A stretch of 63,081 bases of DNA, filler included, from Craspedostauros australis (GCA_030167865.1; 10 parts of 10 records of this genome joined end to end with filler, not necessarily neighbours in it), one strand, 5' to 3'; counted from the whole stretch's first letter, positions 24,205-37,984 are shown. Notes: a model not told the origin generated them from the sequence alone. Made by a program: numbers and translations.

Positions 24205-25240
24205 TGGTCTGCTCGGTGCATGTCGAGACGGGGATGTTTCGACGGGGCACCTCCGGCAATGACGCGATCAACCTCCGTGACCATGTCCGCGTTGAGATCT
24301 GTGATGGCGCTGTATCCCATGATGGCTGCATTGGAGGCACATGGTGCTGTGGATGGCGGGAAGGAGAATTGGGCTGCACAGAATCAGACGGTGATGGCCA
24401 CAACGACGATGATGATTCGAAACATCCAAGGCATGGCTTGACGTGAGGTGAATGAAATGATCCTGATTGCGACGTCCTCTGAGCGTGTGATTGGTAGCGC
24501 ACTATTCGTTGCTCTTGTCTCTCCGATTCTTGTTGCCAAATGCTGATTGCAGTTGTCTCTTTTGCAAAGGCAGATAGCAAAGGTGCTGATAGATGCGCAG
24601 CTGTTGATGCTGTTGTTGATGCCGTCATGGAGACCCTTCCCTCAATGTTTCCATTGTGGTCAACGTTGAGACAGAATCATGAGATCCTGTCGGAATCGGG
24701 TTTGTGTCAACCATCAGTCCATTTTGTGAGCACCCTCGTTTCACGATCGTGACTGCAGGCGGGACTGAAGACGAACAACAAGATACCAATTGGCCAGTTC
24801 GCGCCAAAAACAACCATCACACTTTTTCGACCACATCATCGGTGTTCCAAGACAACACACATCCTCCAACGGAGGGTCACTTTTGAGACCGCGTCCTTGA
24901 AGTCGCACATGCAGGCCAGCATCCAATCACATGCGTCTATGCAACTATCTATGGCGACCGCTCGACAAGACACAACCTTCTCAAGCGTTTGAGTAACCTT
25001 CTCAAAGGATTGTCCAAGCCGTCGCAAGACAAGGCATGCACCCATCGTGGATGTTTTACTAGTGCCACCCACTACACCGTAATAACAAACTGAGCTCTGC
25101 ATCGCACCTCAGTCAAGTAATCATAAAACCAAGTTTACTACAATCACAAGAGATCCGAATGAACCTTGGCGATGCAAGGAACGCCACCACACTCTCCAAA
25201 GGCACGGCACAACGCAACGCAACGCAACGCCATCATCATC
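24205..25240. repeat. 1036-bp reverse-complement duplicate of 46548-47583 (unmerged contig overlap or haplotype)
   Basis: Identical ORF translations in mirrored positions (coordinates sum to 71788), and both copies lie at contig starts. Confidence 0.92.
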
Positions 25241-25964
25241 ATCATCATCATCATCTTGCTTGCTGTGTTGTCTGTGCGGAAACGCAGGTGTGAAGATGAA
25301 GTTGATAAGTGGTTTCGAATTGTGAGGTGCTCGAATCCATCCGTTGAGCTGCGTGCAGAGCGATCATTGAGTTTGGCGAATGTTCTGTGAGTGCAAATGT
25401 TCCACAAACATGAAGCCGACACAACATGCAGCCAACAAACGAGAGTTCTTCCACTGATTTTATGATATATTACATATAATGCCATAACCTCCAATCATCC
25501 CATTCCATTGTCCGTAAAATTGTTGTAGACGCGTGATGTGTTTCTAACGGACTACGTACCTAGTTAACAGGCCAATATATGTCCGTTAATCTCACCAATT
25601 CGATTCTAATCGAAGCAGTCATCCTCAACAACTTCTCTCATTCAATCACGCATAAATGGGATCAGACGCGACGTCAGTATCCTCTTCGCGCAAAGATCGG
25701 AAAGCGGCCAAATTGTGCACGCCAACGAGAAACACATCAAGCGATCTCCAGCCGACACCCTCGCGTACACGCCAACATGATGATGTCCACAGTCGGTCTC
25801 GCACCTGCACCATAGTTGTCTGAGTCTGAATGGCACAGGGAAGTGGTGTTGTATGTACGAGTATAATACCATACACACGAGTAAAATACCTCGCGTTAAG
25901 ACGCCCATCCTTCCACTAACTGCTGCAACGAAAGATACAACAGAGCTCCGAAAAGAAATGCACA

Positions 25965-27368
25965 ATGGATAGAATGATGACGGCAAAGATGAGATCCTCC
26001 CGGCTATTGAACTGCCTCATCCTCTCGGCGTGGTGGATCCAGCAGCGTCATTCTTTCTGTGATGCATTGTCGATACGACGGTGCACAGCAAATGCACATT
26101 CTCGTGGAGCAAGACCATCGATTCAATCAGCGCCTCAGCTTTCGTCGTATTCGTCGTGTCCGCGAATGTTGCGATCGATGCAAACGCCAATATTACAGCG
26201 AATACATGCATCGACACAAAGAGCAAGCCACGTTCCAAACGAAAGATCTGAATTGATACCGTCATCATCGTTGCAGTCATTGCCACCAACGAAGACGACG
26301 GATCCCATGGAGTCGACAGACTCTGCACCCATCTTCGCAGGCAACAGGAAGCGTCGGACAGGCGACAGCACCTCTGAGGAGCTCTTCACTGAGAATTTGC
26401 TCGAGGCCGTGAAACTCATCGTCGTTTCCATAGCAGCATCCATAGCCTTGATATCATGGGAAGAAGTGAGCATGGTCCATCCCATGAGAACGCAGATAAA
26501 TCGTGTCGAAATGAGTCCCAGCATTGATGACGGCGACGGCGACGACGACGGTGGTGGTGGTGGTAGCGATAGCAAAACTGAGGAGGTCTTTGAAAGAAAC
26601 CGGTTCCGCCCGCCGATAGTATCATCAGCAATCCCAACTTCACCAACCTTCGGCGCCTCAACATTGCGCGGAATGGGATTCGGCACAACCGAACGAAACC
26701 GCGACATTCTCGAAGATATTGAACCATCCTCTGCACGATCCATACGGTCCTACAACGAGATCATGCTTCAGCACCGACAACAGCGCGTAACGCAATGGAA
26801 TATCGAGGCTTCCTCGATCACCGAAGGTACTGTCCAGGCCTCCGTCGCCACTATCCAACGTGCGTTGATATTAGTGCTGGATTGCAAGCTATTGGCGCAA
26901 GACTACGAATGGGAGGAATTGCGGCAACGTGTGCGAGATCCCCTTTTGCAAGAGCAGCTGCAAAAATCGTGCGCTCTGCTGCAATCGGCCAAAGAGTATC
27001 TCGGGCCGGAGGCACGACAGGAAATTGGATTCGGGTGGTCCAGTTGCGCTTGGAGACACTGCGGCGCCTTTGCGGATGCGCAGGAAGCCATCGACGAGTT
27101 GGATTATGCGGTTGGTATGTTGGAGCCCTTCGAATGCGCCTTCGTCATCGATGTGCTGGAACGGAGTTTGCGGGATATCTTGGATGTGTCGAAGGCATAC
27201 CAGGACTCGGACATCGCCATTCCACCCTACCAGCAGTTGACAAGAATGAGCGACATGGCAGACGAAGGTGCATCGGAATTCACGAATGATGATATGGACT
27301 ACTTGGAGGCACTGTCCAATCTGAGGAGCTTCGACGCCGACGACGACGACGACGATGGTGACGAATAG
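25965..27368 (+). CDS. Hypothetical protein with N-terminal targeting-like sequence and helical C-terminal domain
   Basis: 467-aa ORF with hydrophobic leader, Ser/Arg-rich segment, hydrophobic helix (AVKLIVVSIAASIALISW) and globular-looking C-terminus (GWSSCAWRHCGAFADAQEAIDELD). No family recognised, and the start is uncertain (25965-25989). Confidence 0.75.
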   Translation: MDRMMTAKMRSSRLLNCLILSAWWIQQRHSFCDALSIRRCTANAHSRGARPSIQSAPQLSSYSSCPRMLRSMQTPILQRIHASTQRASHVPNERSELIPSSSLQSLPPTKTTDPMESTDSAPIFAGNRKRRTGDSTSEELFTENLLEAVKLIVVSIAASIALISWEEVSMVHPMRTQINRVEMSPSIDDGDGDDDGGGGGSDSKTEEVFERNRFRPPIVSSAIPTSPTFGASTLRGMGFGTTERNRDILEDIEPSSARSIRSYNEIMLQHRQQRVTQWNIEASSITEGTVQASVATIQRALILVLDCKLLAQDYEWEELRQRVRDPLLQEQLQKSCALLQSAKEYLGPEARQEIGFGWSSCAWRHCGAFADAQEAIDELDYAVGMLEPFECAFVIDVLERSLRDILDVSKAYQDSDIAIPPYQQLTRMSDMADEGASEFTNDDMDYLEALSNLRSFDADDDDDDGDE

Positions 27369-27628
27369 TCGATTGGTTCATGCATCGATTGAGTCCTACG
27401 TCCCACACTAATTGGTATGCGCATAGATCGTACACCATAAAACATGGACTGACACTTGCTCGTCACAATACACTAACTTTACTCTCCATATCAGTAGAAT
27501 GATCCAACGTGTGGAAGCAACTCCAGGACTATTCGTCCATCCTGCGCCCCCTTTCCTTTCTCTGATTAATCACTTTCTACTTCCATTCCGACTCCTATTT
27601 CAAAGAATCGTGGATTATAGACCAATTA

Positions 27629-30600
27629 TTATGTGCGAACTGCGTGGAAACCTCCGAGGATGTTGTCAATGTGCAACAGCAGCTCATCGAGACCGTGCTT
27701 CCTCGCGATCCCTTGCAGGACGAAGAACTCATCCATGGTTTGCTGCTGCGTCATATCCAATTTCATGGGCGCGGAACATTGCGAAACCTTCGACATGGAG
27801 TTTGTTGCAACCTGTTGGGTCTTGGAACATCGAATGTCCTGCAGCTGGTAACGCATGAGCTTGCGATTGACGTGCGCGACGAGGCGGTCCTGTATATCAT
27901 CAGCGTCATATGGTATGCCGCACTCTTCGCAGAACCAGCTTGTTTGAGCCGTCGCCTCGTCATCGTCCTCCGTCGGTGGGAGGTAGCAAAGGTTAACATC
28001 ATGGCTTTCCTGGCATTCGGCGCAGAACACATCTGAGAGCATGAACTTCGGGCACGGGTTCTTCCACACGGCTAGGTCTGAATATTCAGCCACTCCGATT
28101 TGCGACAGCAGACTCTTCTTCAGCACGTTCAGCTCCTTCTCCACATCCCTGTCCAGCTGCAACACGACGATGATGGAATTGATGAATTCCAGTGCAGGTC
28201 GCATCGTGCTGCGGAACTGACCACCCTGGAACGAGGCGCCACCGCCAGCATCCATTTGATTATTGCCGGAGTCGTCTTTCAGGATTTCCCCAACAGCGCG
28301 GGTCAGATAGGCCGAGAAGTGCTTTGAGACCATCTTCTTCTTGTACCCCATCACTTGCTGATTGACCTGCTTGGAGAAGATGGACAAGCAGTCCAGCTCC
28401 TCCTCCTCTTTGGCCTTGCATTCGAGCTGCTTCCGAAGTACGTCCTTTGAGAAGCGCGCAATGATCAGGCGGAAGTACTCCTGCGCGGTGGCACTTCCCA
28501 AGTAGTTCATGATATTCCATGCGGTGACCACGTTGGCGACGACCGTTCCCTGGCCATCGCTCGCAGCGCCCTGTACGATGTACATCTCCGCGGCTTGGTC
28601 TGATGGAACACGTTCCAGGTGCATCGTGCCGTAGTTGTATTCGTCAAGAAACACATAGTGCGTGTGGAATTGTCGAGGCCGCAGCGATAGCCGCGAGAGG
28701 GATCCATACTGTGCGCTGTTGTCGGCGCTGGTCGAGCAGATGGTGGAAATCACGAAGTTGATGTACTCCTCCGCATCCGCGAGAGTCGTTTTCTTGGTCG
28801 CGACAGTGATCTTGTTGAACGTGGCCTGGACGATAGAGCATCCCAACCGCTGGAGTTCGGTGAGCAATCTCGAGAATGTGGCTTTCATCAATGAATGGAT
28901 CACACGATGGAGAGCCGGGTCGTGTAACAGCGATCCCTGGCTGGACACCAATCGGTAAATGTGATGCAGCAAGGTATCCGCGACCTTGCTGTTCAGGTTG
29001 AACGCATCGCGCAGCCAGATCCCGACCAGCGATCGGATCATCGGCAGAGCGATCAACATCGACATCTCATCTCCGAGAGGTTCGAATGATTTCGTCGTCG
29101 TGCTAGCTGTTCCTTCAATTCCATCGATGTGTGCGACGCTTGTCGGCGTTGTGTCGAGCTCGTTCGTCTTCGCTGCTGCGCCGCTCGTCTTTAGCTGGAA
29201 TGCCGTGGTGAACGTGTATCCAACGGCTTCTGTCAATGCCGCAATTGCAAGGTCTTGCAGGTCGATGTCGACGCAAAGCGATCGGTAGCACCCGGGCCGT
29301 CGCACGATGGGGCTGATGAGGTCGTCGTCGTCGCCCCAGATCTCATCCTGCGACACCATGTCGACCTGTGATTCGAACGACGGGACGAAGCCGGACTTGT
29401 GAGCGGATGCGTGGAACTCTACGCCAAGATCTGGCCGGCCTGTGTAGACGCTGGCCCACGAAAGTGCGCGATTCTGTTTGATGGTTCGCAGGAGGCTCAC
29501 ATCGAAGACCGATGAGATCTCGTCATGTCCGACGTTGCCGATGGGGATGTTTCCATACTGCGCGTACTCCACCCGCTTGGGATACGAGATGATGACCATG
29601 TACAGGTACGCCTCCAACGCCAGCTGTGCCGCCGGTTGTTCCCAACCCAAAGACTGCATGACGGATTTTGACGGGTTATGATCCGGTCCTGGTGGGAACG
29701 GGACAGGGACAACGGGCAATGCATTCAAGGCTGGGACATGCCGTCTGAGCTGCTCCGTCGACCTGTTGCTGTTCAAGACGAGGAACGTGGGGCCTTGGCC
29801 AGACTTCGACAGAGCCATGATGGATTTGTTGACATCAGAGTACGCGACATCCTCGTTCACGAAATCAAGATCAGAGATGGTGCATCTGCTGCCGTGAGAG
29901 ATGCTGGCGTATTCGGAATCTGGATCGGCCCCTTCCTGGATCATCGTGAGGAGGCCTGAAAACACCTCTTCGCATTGCCGTCGGATGCCGCTCGTTTGCG
30001 TATTACCGTTGTTGGCACTGGCGGGTTCCGACCTGGTGGTATCTGATCTCCTGTTGGCGTTGCTGCCCCTCCCTGAGTCCGGCTTGATGATCCAAATGTG
30101 GCACCTGGCGCTCACATCGACGTTGTTGGCGCCATCTCCAGCGCTAGAGCTGTTCTGCGGGGCTTGCTCCATGGTGAACAACGCCACAATTCCTGTGGTT
30201 CTATGACCTTCCAGCCGGACATAGAGGAACGATCGTCTGTACGACATCGCGCTGTTCAAGTAGGCCCCGTCTTTTGGTCTATCGACACGCTTCATGTCCG
30301 TCAAGAGGTAGGCATTCTTCTTCGATTGTTGCTTGCGCATCGCTCTGCTCTTGTTCAGCTTGGACACGCAGCCCAGCTCTGTCAGCGCACGGACAACGAG
30401 CGGGGTTCCGCTCTCGTACATCGACTGCAGCAGGCCGTCCTTGCCCTTGCTGATAACGGAGAATGGTTGCAACGATTTCACCCACGTGTTGTTGCGGTAA
30501 ATGTACTCAGGCATGGACACCTCGTACGTGAAGTTGGCTTTCTTGTTGTGTGGCAGGTGCTTGTCCACCTTTTTGAAGGAAAAGATGTCGGAATTGTGGC

Positions 30601-33600
30601 AGCGCAGCTCGTAGAGACTCGTGATGTAGACAATGCGCGGCACAGTCACCTGGACCTTGCGAAGCGAATCGCCACCAACCAAAGCCCAAACCACGAAATC
30701 GCCTGACGTTCGGGCAGGCGCAGCAGCATCCGCATCCTCCTGGTAGCCCTTCTCACGGATTTCGACGATCTGCCATTCCGAATTGACCAGGTCGTGTGCT
30801 GCGTCCCGAACAAATCCCTCCAGACTCGCTATATTCTTGCGTGCCCTCTTGACGGATGCCGCCCGGTTGCGACCGGATGTCGATGAGTCATTCGTTGCTT
30901 CCTCTTCTTCGAACTGTCTCTTCCTCCCTGATCGCATGCTCTTCCATCGAGCCTTCTTCTGCTTCAGCCAGCTGTTGAAGTTGCCGTTCCCAAGCTTGAT
31001 GCGAGGCTCGTCTCGCACAGCAATAGCTCCCTCGGTCTCACCCTGAACGTCCGTGACAGCGCCAGTGGTGGAGTCGCGATTTCGTCGAGACGTCGATTTT
31101 GGGTCGGCGGCCGAGCTCGCAGCTCCGTCATCGACGGCAATCGTGGGACGACGTTTACGGCTGTGCACCATTGGTCGTTTTGCGCCACCACCTCGTGAGA
31201 CACCTCCGGATCCGAACATATCTTCCATGTCGGCCGATTTTGCTCCTGCTTTGCCTTTCTGCAATGACGACGGCGTCTTGGATGAGTCCGCCTTCGATTT
31301 GGGCGCAAACATGCCGCGGATGTCCTGCTGTTGGAACGTGTCATTCAACTCCTGGACCTTGGATTGCAACCAGTCTGGATGTGCGATGCTTGGGACGGGA
31401 TTCTCAACTTTCTGCAACGCGGCCGGGATTGTGATGATCTTTTGGATCGTTTTTCCGAATCGCTGAAGGTAATAACCCCAGTCCAAGATGTTGCCGATCT
31501 TGAGGTCGTCACCTTCGAGGCCGGGTGACTTTAACCACTTGCAGAGAAACTTCTTCTGAGTCTCGGGTGGTGTCATCCAGATGGTGGTCGGGATGGCACG
31601 GTCGGTTACGGGAGCTCCGAAGGGTTTTGCAGAGACGATGAACCTGCAGTTCAATCCTTTGTCCTTCGTGATTTCGTCGCCAAGGAACTCCTGCAGTCTT
31701 CTGGCCGTGGTCTGCGATGTTCCCTTCTGGTCCCCGTAGTCTTCCAATCGCTTGCTCATGCTGCGATTCTCGCTGATGAGTTCGATCAGCTGCTCCTCTG
31801 TGAGCCCTGCTCCCTTTTCTTGAATGACCTTCACCCAGCGATTCGCGACCTCTGCAACGCTGGCGTAGCATGTTTCCAAGCTCGTTCCGTCTAAGAACTT
31901 CTCGAACACCTCGGACTGGAACTTCTTGATCAGCTCCAGCTCTCCTCGACGTTTCAGTTCGAAGCCCTTCAATTCTGCCAGCGACCCATCGAAGTTGAAC
32001 ACGGCGTAGCGCTTCTTCAGCAGCTGCCCTTCCTCTGTACCGGCTGGTAGCACCATGCACTTGTACGGACCGTCGACCTCGAAGAAGATGGAGCATTCAC
32101 TGCGGCTCTCGTACGTCCCGCGTTTGGGGTTGGTCAACGTTTGGTACTGATGGTTGGTGAAGTTGTCGTACACATCTGCATTCAACATGACGCACGGATA
32201 CTCCAGCTTGATCTTCGATCCGTCATGAGTTTTGAACAAGTACTCATCAGGGAAGCTCTTGGGGAGGATGCACCAAATACCGTCGGTGTCGAGCTCAAGC
32301 GGGCGGCCGATCTGCTCCACCAGAACACGTGCTTGCGTGATCAGATCAGCACCTGTCTTGGTGACGATCCCCGCCATCTCCATGGACCGCCACCGTGCGC
32401 CCTTCCGCATGACGTAACCGTAGAAGGAGTTGAGGATGCATTTGTGCGCAACCTGCAAACTGTCGTACACAAGCGCCTTGTCTTCGGCCTCCTTCTTGGA
32501 GGCAGCGTCCTTGGCCGAACCGATCTTCTTCTTCCAGGACTTGGTCAGCTTCTTGTAATCGTACCTTCGGTCGCGGAAACGACGCACTGTGGCAACGTAG
32601 AAATCGTTCTCGCGCATGCACACGACGTTTTTGCGCGTGATCTCTTCCGTGATCTTGGTCTTCCGGTATGCATTGCGCGAGTAGAGCTTGAGCGTGTCGG
32701 AAATCTTCTTGGCCTGTTCCTTGTCGGTGAGGTCTTGGAACTTCCTCCCATCAGGCAGCAACTGCCGCGACACTTGATCCTTGGTTCGCTCGTATTCTGC
32801 TTTCGTCGATGGAGTGTAATCGCCGCGCCACACCCAATCCATGCGCCGCTTGCAATTGTTCTTGACCTGGTTGAAGTCGCACGCAGCACACGTGGCGTCG
32901 TCCACCATCGCGCTTGGTTGAAGACGGTTGGTCAAGATGATGTTGGGGTACATCGCACCGACGTCCAAGTGATACACGTAGGGTCGTTCGCGACGTTTGG
33001 GACGATCGCGGAGCATCTCCAGCTGCATCACGATTTGTGCCTTGATTTCGTCGTAATTCGTCACGTTCTTCCGTTCCATGCCGGCCTCCACCTCGATGGC
33101 GAATGTGAGGTCGCGGTCGATGTTGTCGATCAGCTGCTGGAACGCTGACGGCTTCAGATCGAAGTCGTATTCGAAGTCGCTACGATAGACGCCCGTTTCC
33201 AAGCACTCCACTTTGCCGCCGATGTAGGTCTCGCTTTCCAACAAATGGCCTTGGTGGAACTTGGCCAACGCATCGACCTGCTTGTTCGGGCACAGCACTT
33301 TTTTCTCCGTGGCCTGCACCATGAGCAATGCCTCGCACAGCGTTCCTGACCCTTTGCGGAGGACGTCTTCGGGACTCATGGGGATCAACGTGCAGAGACT
33401 GAAGATGAAGAGATGCACGTACTTTTGGTACAGGTAGAAGGTCGCGACGGCATCAGACACGGAGTACTGCGCCATGTACACTGGCCGATCCTTCGCGAAT
33501 GGAAGCATATCCTCTGCGTCGATGTCCACCGGCTCGTACCCGAGCTTGTACTTTGTGACGGCCTTGAGACCCTGGGCTCCCTGCGGCAAGTAGGAGTCAC

Positions 33601-35584
33601 GTTGCACCCAGCAGAATGCGTCGAGATGGACGCAGCAGCGACCGCGGACCTCCGTGTCCATGGAGCTGTCGCCGCCACCGAGGACGGTGATTCCAAGCTC
33701 CTTCCAGATGTCGATGTTGTACGTCTTCGCTCTCGTGTTGACGTAGGGCCAATCGAAGCCGTCTCCGTTGTACGTGACGACAATTTGGGGTTTGTGCATT
33801 TGGTACTCTGCCACGAAGCGACGCAGCAATGCCTGCTCGTCTTTTTCATTGAAGATCTTGAAGGCACCAGGATACGACGGTTTCGGCGTGTAATCGAAGT
33901 CTTCAATATCTTCCGAGACGATGCTGCGGGAGATGATGAGGTAGCCCTGCGGATCGCTGCCGGGAACATTGATCATGTAGGAGATCATGTAGATCTCATC
34001 GCGATCCGGAGCTGGAAATTTGAGCGGTGCTTTGGCACATTCGATATCAAAGGCCAAGAATTTGGGATCTGCCTTCGTTTCGATGTCGTGGTCCGAGAGG
34101 GTTGGATGTGGCGCGAGCTCTGTTGGATCCAGCGTGACGGTGTACCACGAACCAGCGCGGATGTCCATGTCCATGCAAACGCGTTCCACATATCGGACGT
34201 CATACTCGCGCAGTTCTGAACACTGCGACATTGGTTCGGTCTGTTTGGCGGCGACGGTCGATGCGAATGGTGTCGTAGATGATGGATGCGAGACCCCCTG
34301 ACCATCTGAAACGAACGACCAATCCATCCCCACCTTGCCTTCTTTCTTCTGCTTCTGTTCCTTGATGAGCCTCTGCAACGATTTGCGCACCTCCATCAAC
34401 TGCGAGACGTTGTCAAACAGCAGCTTCCATACCGTTCGCGTGGCTGAGCTGGGAGACAGATGATTCGGCTGGTCTAGATCGACCATCTGCACAGCTTGCG
34501 CAGCCGCCAATCCCATGGATCCGTACTTCTTCATTAGCCAATTGTTGAGAGACCAATCATCCTCCATGTCGTCATCATAGTCGCCGCTGCCGTCGACATG
34601 GCCTCGACCGTCACCTCCCCCCGCTGACATGGACAGGTTCCCTCCCATGCTGTTGTCTGTGCACAGGTAGAAGTACGGCCGATGCAGGACGGTAGTTTTG
34701 AAGTTGTTGGTGCCTTGCGCACCCAGGAAGTACAAATCAATGCCGGCGCATTCCACTCCCGTGCTCTTGTCGATCCTCTGCGCGGATATGATCCAGCAGA
34801 GCACGAATGAGTTGGTTCGAGAAGTGCAGCGTGTTATGGAACGTTCATGAAGATTGCATGAGACCATTGCGTGGTGACAACATGCAACAAACCGAAATGG
34901 AGTCCACCACGCGGAATGGCACCAGAATCGAACGGCGCGATATGTATGGAAAGTAAATAACATAGATGTTGATCAGAAGGTGAGATTCTGTGTGCGTGCT
35001 GATGAATAGTCTGTTTGGTATCCGGATAAGCATGAGCGAATCACTGCAACGGAAGCTGCGCGCCTGACTCATTCAATGTGGCATGCAGTGCTGTGCCGTG
35101 ATTCATTCCTCACTTCATCGATCCATTCATTGATACATGGATACATTGATACATTGACACACTGACACATCGGTGCATCGATTCGCCAATGCATGGAAAC
35201 GTTGCCTGATAGACTGCATAAAATGGTCACCCATCACCCCACAGGAGAAGAACGTACCGTCGTCGGCAACATGTGAAACAACCAACCACGTCGCACCACC
35301 ATCTCCGTTGAGTCACTGCCAGCGATCTGATCCTCCAGTCGGGTGTAACCAAACCGGACGTCAATCTCTTCGCCCTGCTCTTGCCTCAGACGCTTCCTCG
35401 CCGCCTGCGCTGCAGCTTCCGACTGTTGGCGCTCGTGAGCGTCGTCATCATCGTACGCGATGCGGGAATGGGACGACCGTTGGTTTTGTCCAAACTGTCG
35501 CTGGTACCGACTGCCACGCGACGAGCCCTTCTTGCGCATCGTCTGCCCAAAGACACGGCGTTGGCCTTCCTGGTCTTTCGCCAT
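27629..35584 (-). CDS. POLE: DNA polymerase epsilon catalytic subunit; exons 35584-35258 and 34777-27629
   Basis: Exonuclease LAFDIEC and TYNGDGFDWP, polymerase HLDVGAMYPNIILTNRLQP, HKCILNSFYGY, LELDTDGIW, and C-terminal Cys motifs. GTACGT donor at 35257 and CAG acceptor at 34778 join RRGWLFHMLPTT to RIDK in frame. Confidence 0.96.
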
Positions 35585-36292
35585 GTTGCAACGGATAAGC
35601 TGTTCAAGCCCAAAGCTCCTCCTCTCCTCGTAATCGTTGCTGTGACTGCGGCAATGCCTATTCCTGTTGCCAGCGCTCTTGTTGATAGTGCTATTCCTAT
35701 TGTCGTTGTTGCCAATGCCACACGCTTCAGTCCGATGCTCTCGAAGTCCCCCAACGTGCTCAAAATGACATCAGGGTGGATCTGTGGTTTTGTGCGTGTC
35801 ATGTGCGGGCGAGTGTGGTGTCGGCACAGAATGAGCATTGGCACATCTCGTCCCCATGCCAACACAAGGACACCCCAACACTCCGCGCCATTTTTTGAAT
35901 TCAAATGTTGCGTTGACCTGTTTTTAGCGCTTTGATAATGAATGTCGCACTTTTTTACCTTTGTTTGGGTTGAAATGTTAGTGTTACGCCCTTTTCGATG
36001 AATCGTTTTTGACCCCAATTCTCGCGCTTCGCTTGTTGGCACTGGATTAGTCACGCGAGTCGACAGTGCGAACACCTTGGTCTTGTCCCAAGAAATTTTC
36101 TGTGCCAACAACGACACGGAAAGGCGCAGCGACGAACCACCCACCCACTTCCGATGTGTCATTTCTCATTTCACACATCGCAACGACATGTTCGGCCATC
36201 GGCATCATTGATGCCACCATCTTTGCTCTCACAAGCACCGCTCTCGCCATCAAAGGTGCACAAGTGCAAAGTGGTTCCGCACTTGCCAAAAG

Positions 36293-37984
36293 ATGAGCTC
36301 ATCTGAACAAACAGGACTGTCGGCGACGTCCCCACGAAGCTTCAACAGCATTTCGGGCGGCGGGACGCAGAAGAGCTTCGATCGTACTGATGCTGTCGCA
36401 AGCAATGGCCACCGCGAACATGATGGTCATCATGCCACGAACAAGGTGCACAACTTCGCCGACGGTCACGAGATCGACGTCGATGATGCCATCGAGATGA
36501 TTGGCATGGGGCGCTTTCAGCTGCACATGCTGTTCGCGGCTGGTCTGTGCTTTGTGTCGGACGGCATCGAGGTGCTGCTGCTCTCCTTTCTGGGGGTCGT
36601 CCTGGCAGCTGAGTGGGATCTTTCGGAGCGCGACATGGACACTGTGATATCCATCGTCTTCGTCGGCGAGATCCTCGGAACCCTCTGCCTCGGACCGCTC
36701 GCCGATCGCATGGGCCGCAAGCCGCTGTTCGTGGCAACCGCCTCTATCATCGCGGTGTTTGGACTTTTGACTGCCTTCGTCCAAACCATCGAGTGGTTCT
36801 ACGCCGTCCGCTTCATCGTTGGGTTTGGCGTGGGCGGATTGACGATTCCATTTGACATGCTTGCGGAGTTCATCCCAGTGTCCCATCGCGGAACGAACCT
36901 CCTCAACATCGAGTTCTTCTGGACTGCAGGATCTCTGCTCGTCCCACTCCTCGCCAAGTGGACGATGGGCAACGGTGGCGACAATTCATGGAGATGGTTC
37001 GTCGTTTGCTGCGCCATCCCTTGCATCATCTCGACCATCATTGGTATCGCTTTCGTTCCCGAATCTCCTCGTTGGCTGCTGACGCAAGGTCGACAGGCGG
37101 AGGCCGTCGCTAATCTAAGACACGCGGCCAATATGAATGGCAAGGACGGCATGGCTCTGTTTCCAGATGGTGTCAAGATTACTCAGAGCGAAACGGAAGT
37201 GTCAGATGATGGAGCTTGCACCAAGTTGCTGTCTCCCAAATGGTTCAAGACTACCATTCGGCTGTGCGTTGTGTTTTTCGGAGTTTTCTTCCTTTACTAC
37301 GGATCCATCCTCCTGCCCACCCTCTTGTTTTCCACCATCGAACATTCAGGTGGTGACAGGGATACGCTGGCGAATGGCGGAGACGACGGTGGTGCTGAGC
37401 GATCGTACGACTTTGATTACGACGCCATCTTCGTCAGCGGATCATCGGAGGTGCTGGGACTCACCGTCTCTCTCCTCACCATCGACAGGTTCGGCCGGAT
37501 CAGGACGCAAGTGGTCATGCTCCTCGTGGGTGGAACGGCGATCCTCATCCTGGGCTTCCTGTACGAATCAGGAAATGCTTCACGCAGCGTGTTGATTGGC
37601 TTCGCCTTCCTGTCCCGCATGTTCATGATGGCCGGGAACTGCACAGCCTGCGTCTTCATCGCGGAGATCCTGACGACCGAAATCCGATCGACCGGGCATA
37701 GTATTGCCAATTCAGTAGGGCGCCTTGGGGCATTCTTCTCGCCCTACATCATTACACCAGGGATCGACCCATCGCGCATCGGCATCATCATGTTCGTTGT
37801 CAGCGCCGTGACAGCATACATCGTGGGAGGATTACCAGAGACCAGCGGCAAGGCGTTGGGAGGAGTCATAGGAGAAACGACCGCAACTAACCAGACGCAC
37901 ACAGAGATGGAGGATGCCTCCGCGTCAAATGGTGACGGTAATAAACAAGCAGAACGCACTAGCCTGTTGCCGGCGTTCACGTGA
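36293..37984 (+). CDS. MFS transporter, SV2/SVOP-like
   Basis: About 12 hydrophobic helices, with motifs IGMGRFQ, LADRMGRKP, AEFIPVSHRG, VPESPRWL, IDRFGR, EIRSTG, LPET. Confidence 0.92.
   Translation: MSSSEQTGLSATSPRSFNSISGGGTQKSFDRTDAVASNGHREHDGHHATNKVHNFADGHEIDVDDAIEMIGMGRFQLHMLFAAGLCFVSDGIEVLLLSFLGVVLAAEWDLSERDMDTVISIVFVGEILGTLCLGPLADRMGRKPLFVATASIIAVFGLLTAFVQTIEWFYAVRFIVGFGVGGLTIPFDMLAEFIPVSHRGTNLLNIEFFWTAGSLLVPLLAKWTMGNGGDNSWRWFVVCCAIPCIISTIIGIAFVPESPRWLLTQGRQAEAVANLRHAANMNGKDGMALFPDGVKITQSETEVSDDGACTKLLSPKWFKTTIRLCVVFFGVFFLYYGSILLPTLLFSTIEHSGGDRDTLANGGDDGGAERSYDFDYDAIFVSGSSEVLGLTVSLLTIDRFGRIRTQVVMLLVGGTAILILGFLYESGNASRSVLIGFAFLSRMFMMAGNCTACVFIAEILTTEIRSTGHSIANSVGRLGAFFSPYIITPGIDPSRIGIIMFVVSAVTAYIVGGLPETSGKALGGVIGETTATNQTHTEMEDASASNGDGNKQAERTSLLPAFT

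Noticed and set aside
27629..34963. Intein or unusual insertion in POLE, and long antisense ORFs such as 32141-33148
   Set aside because: No intein splice motifs. Insertions are low-complexity linkers, and antisense ORFs reflect GC3 codon bias.
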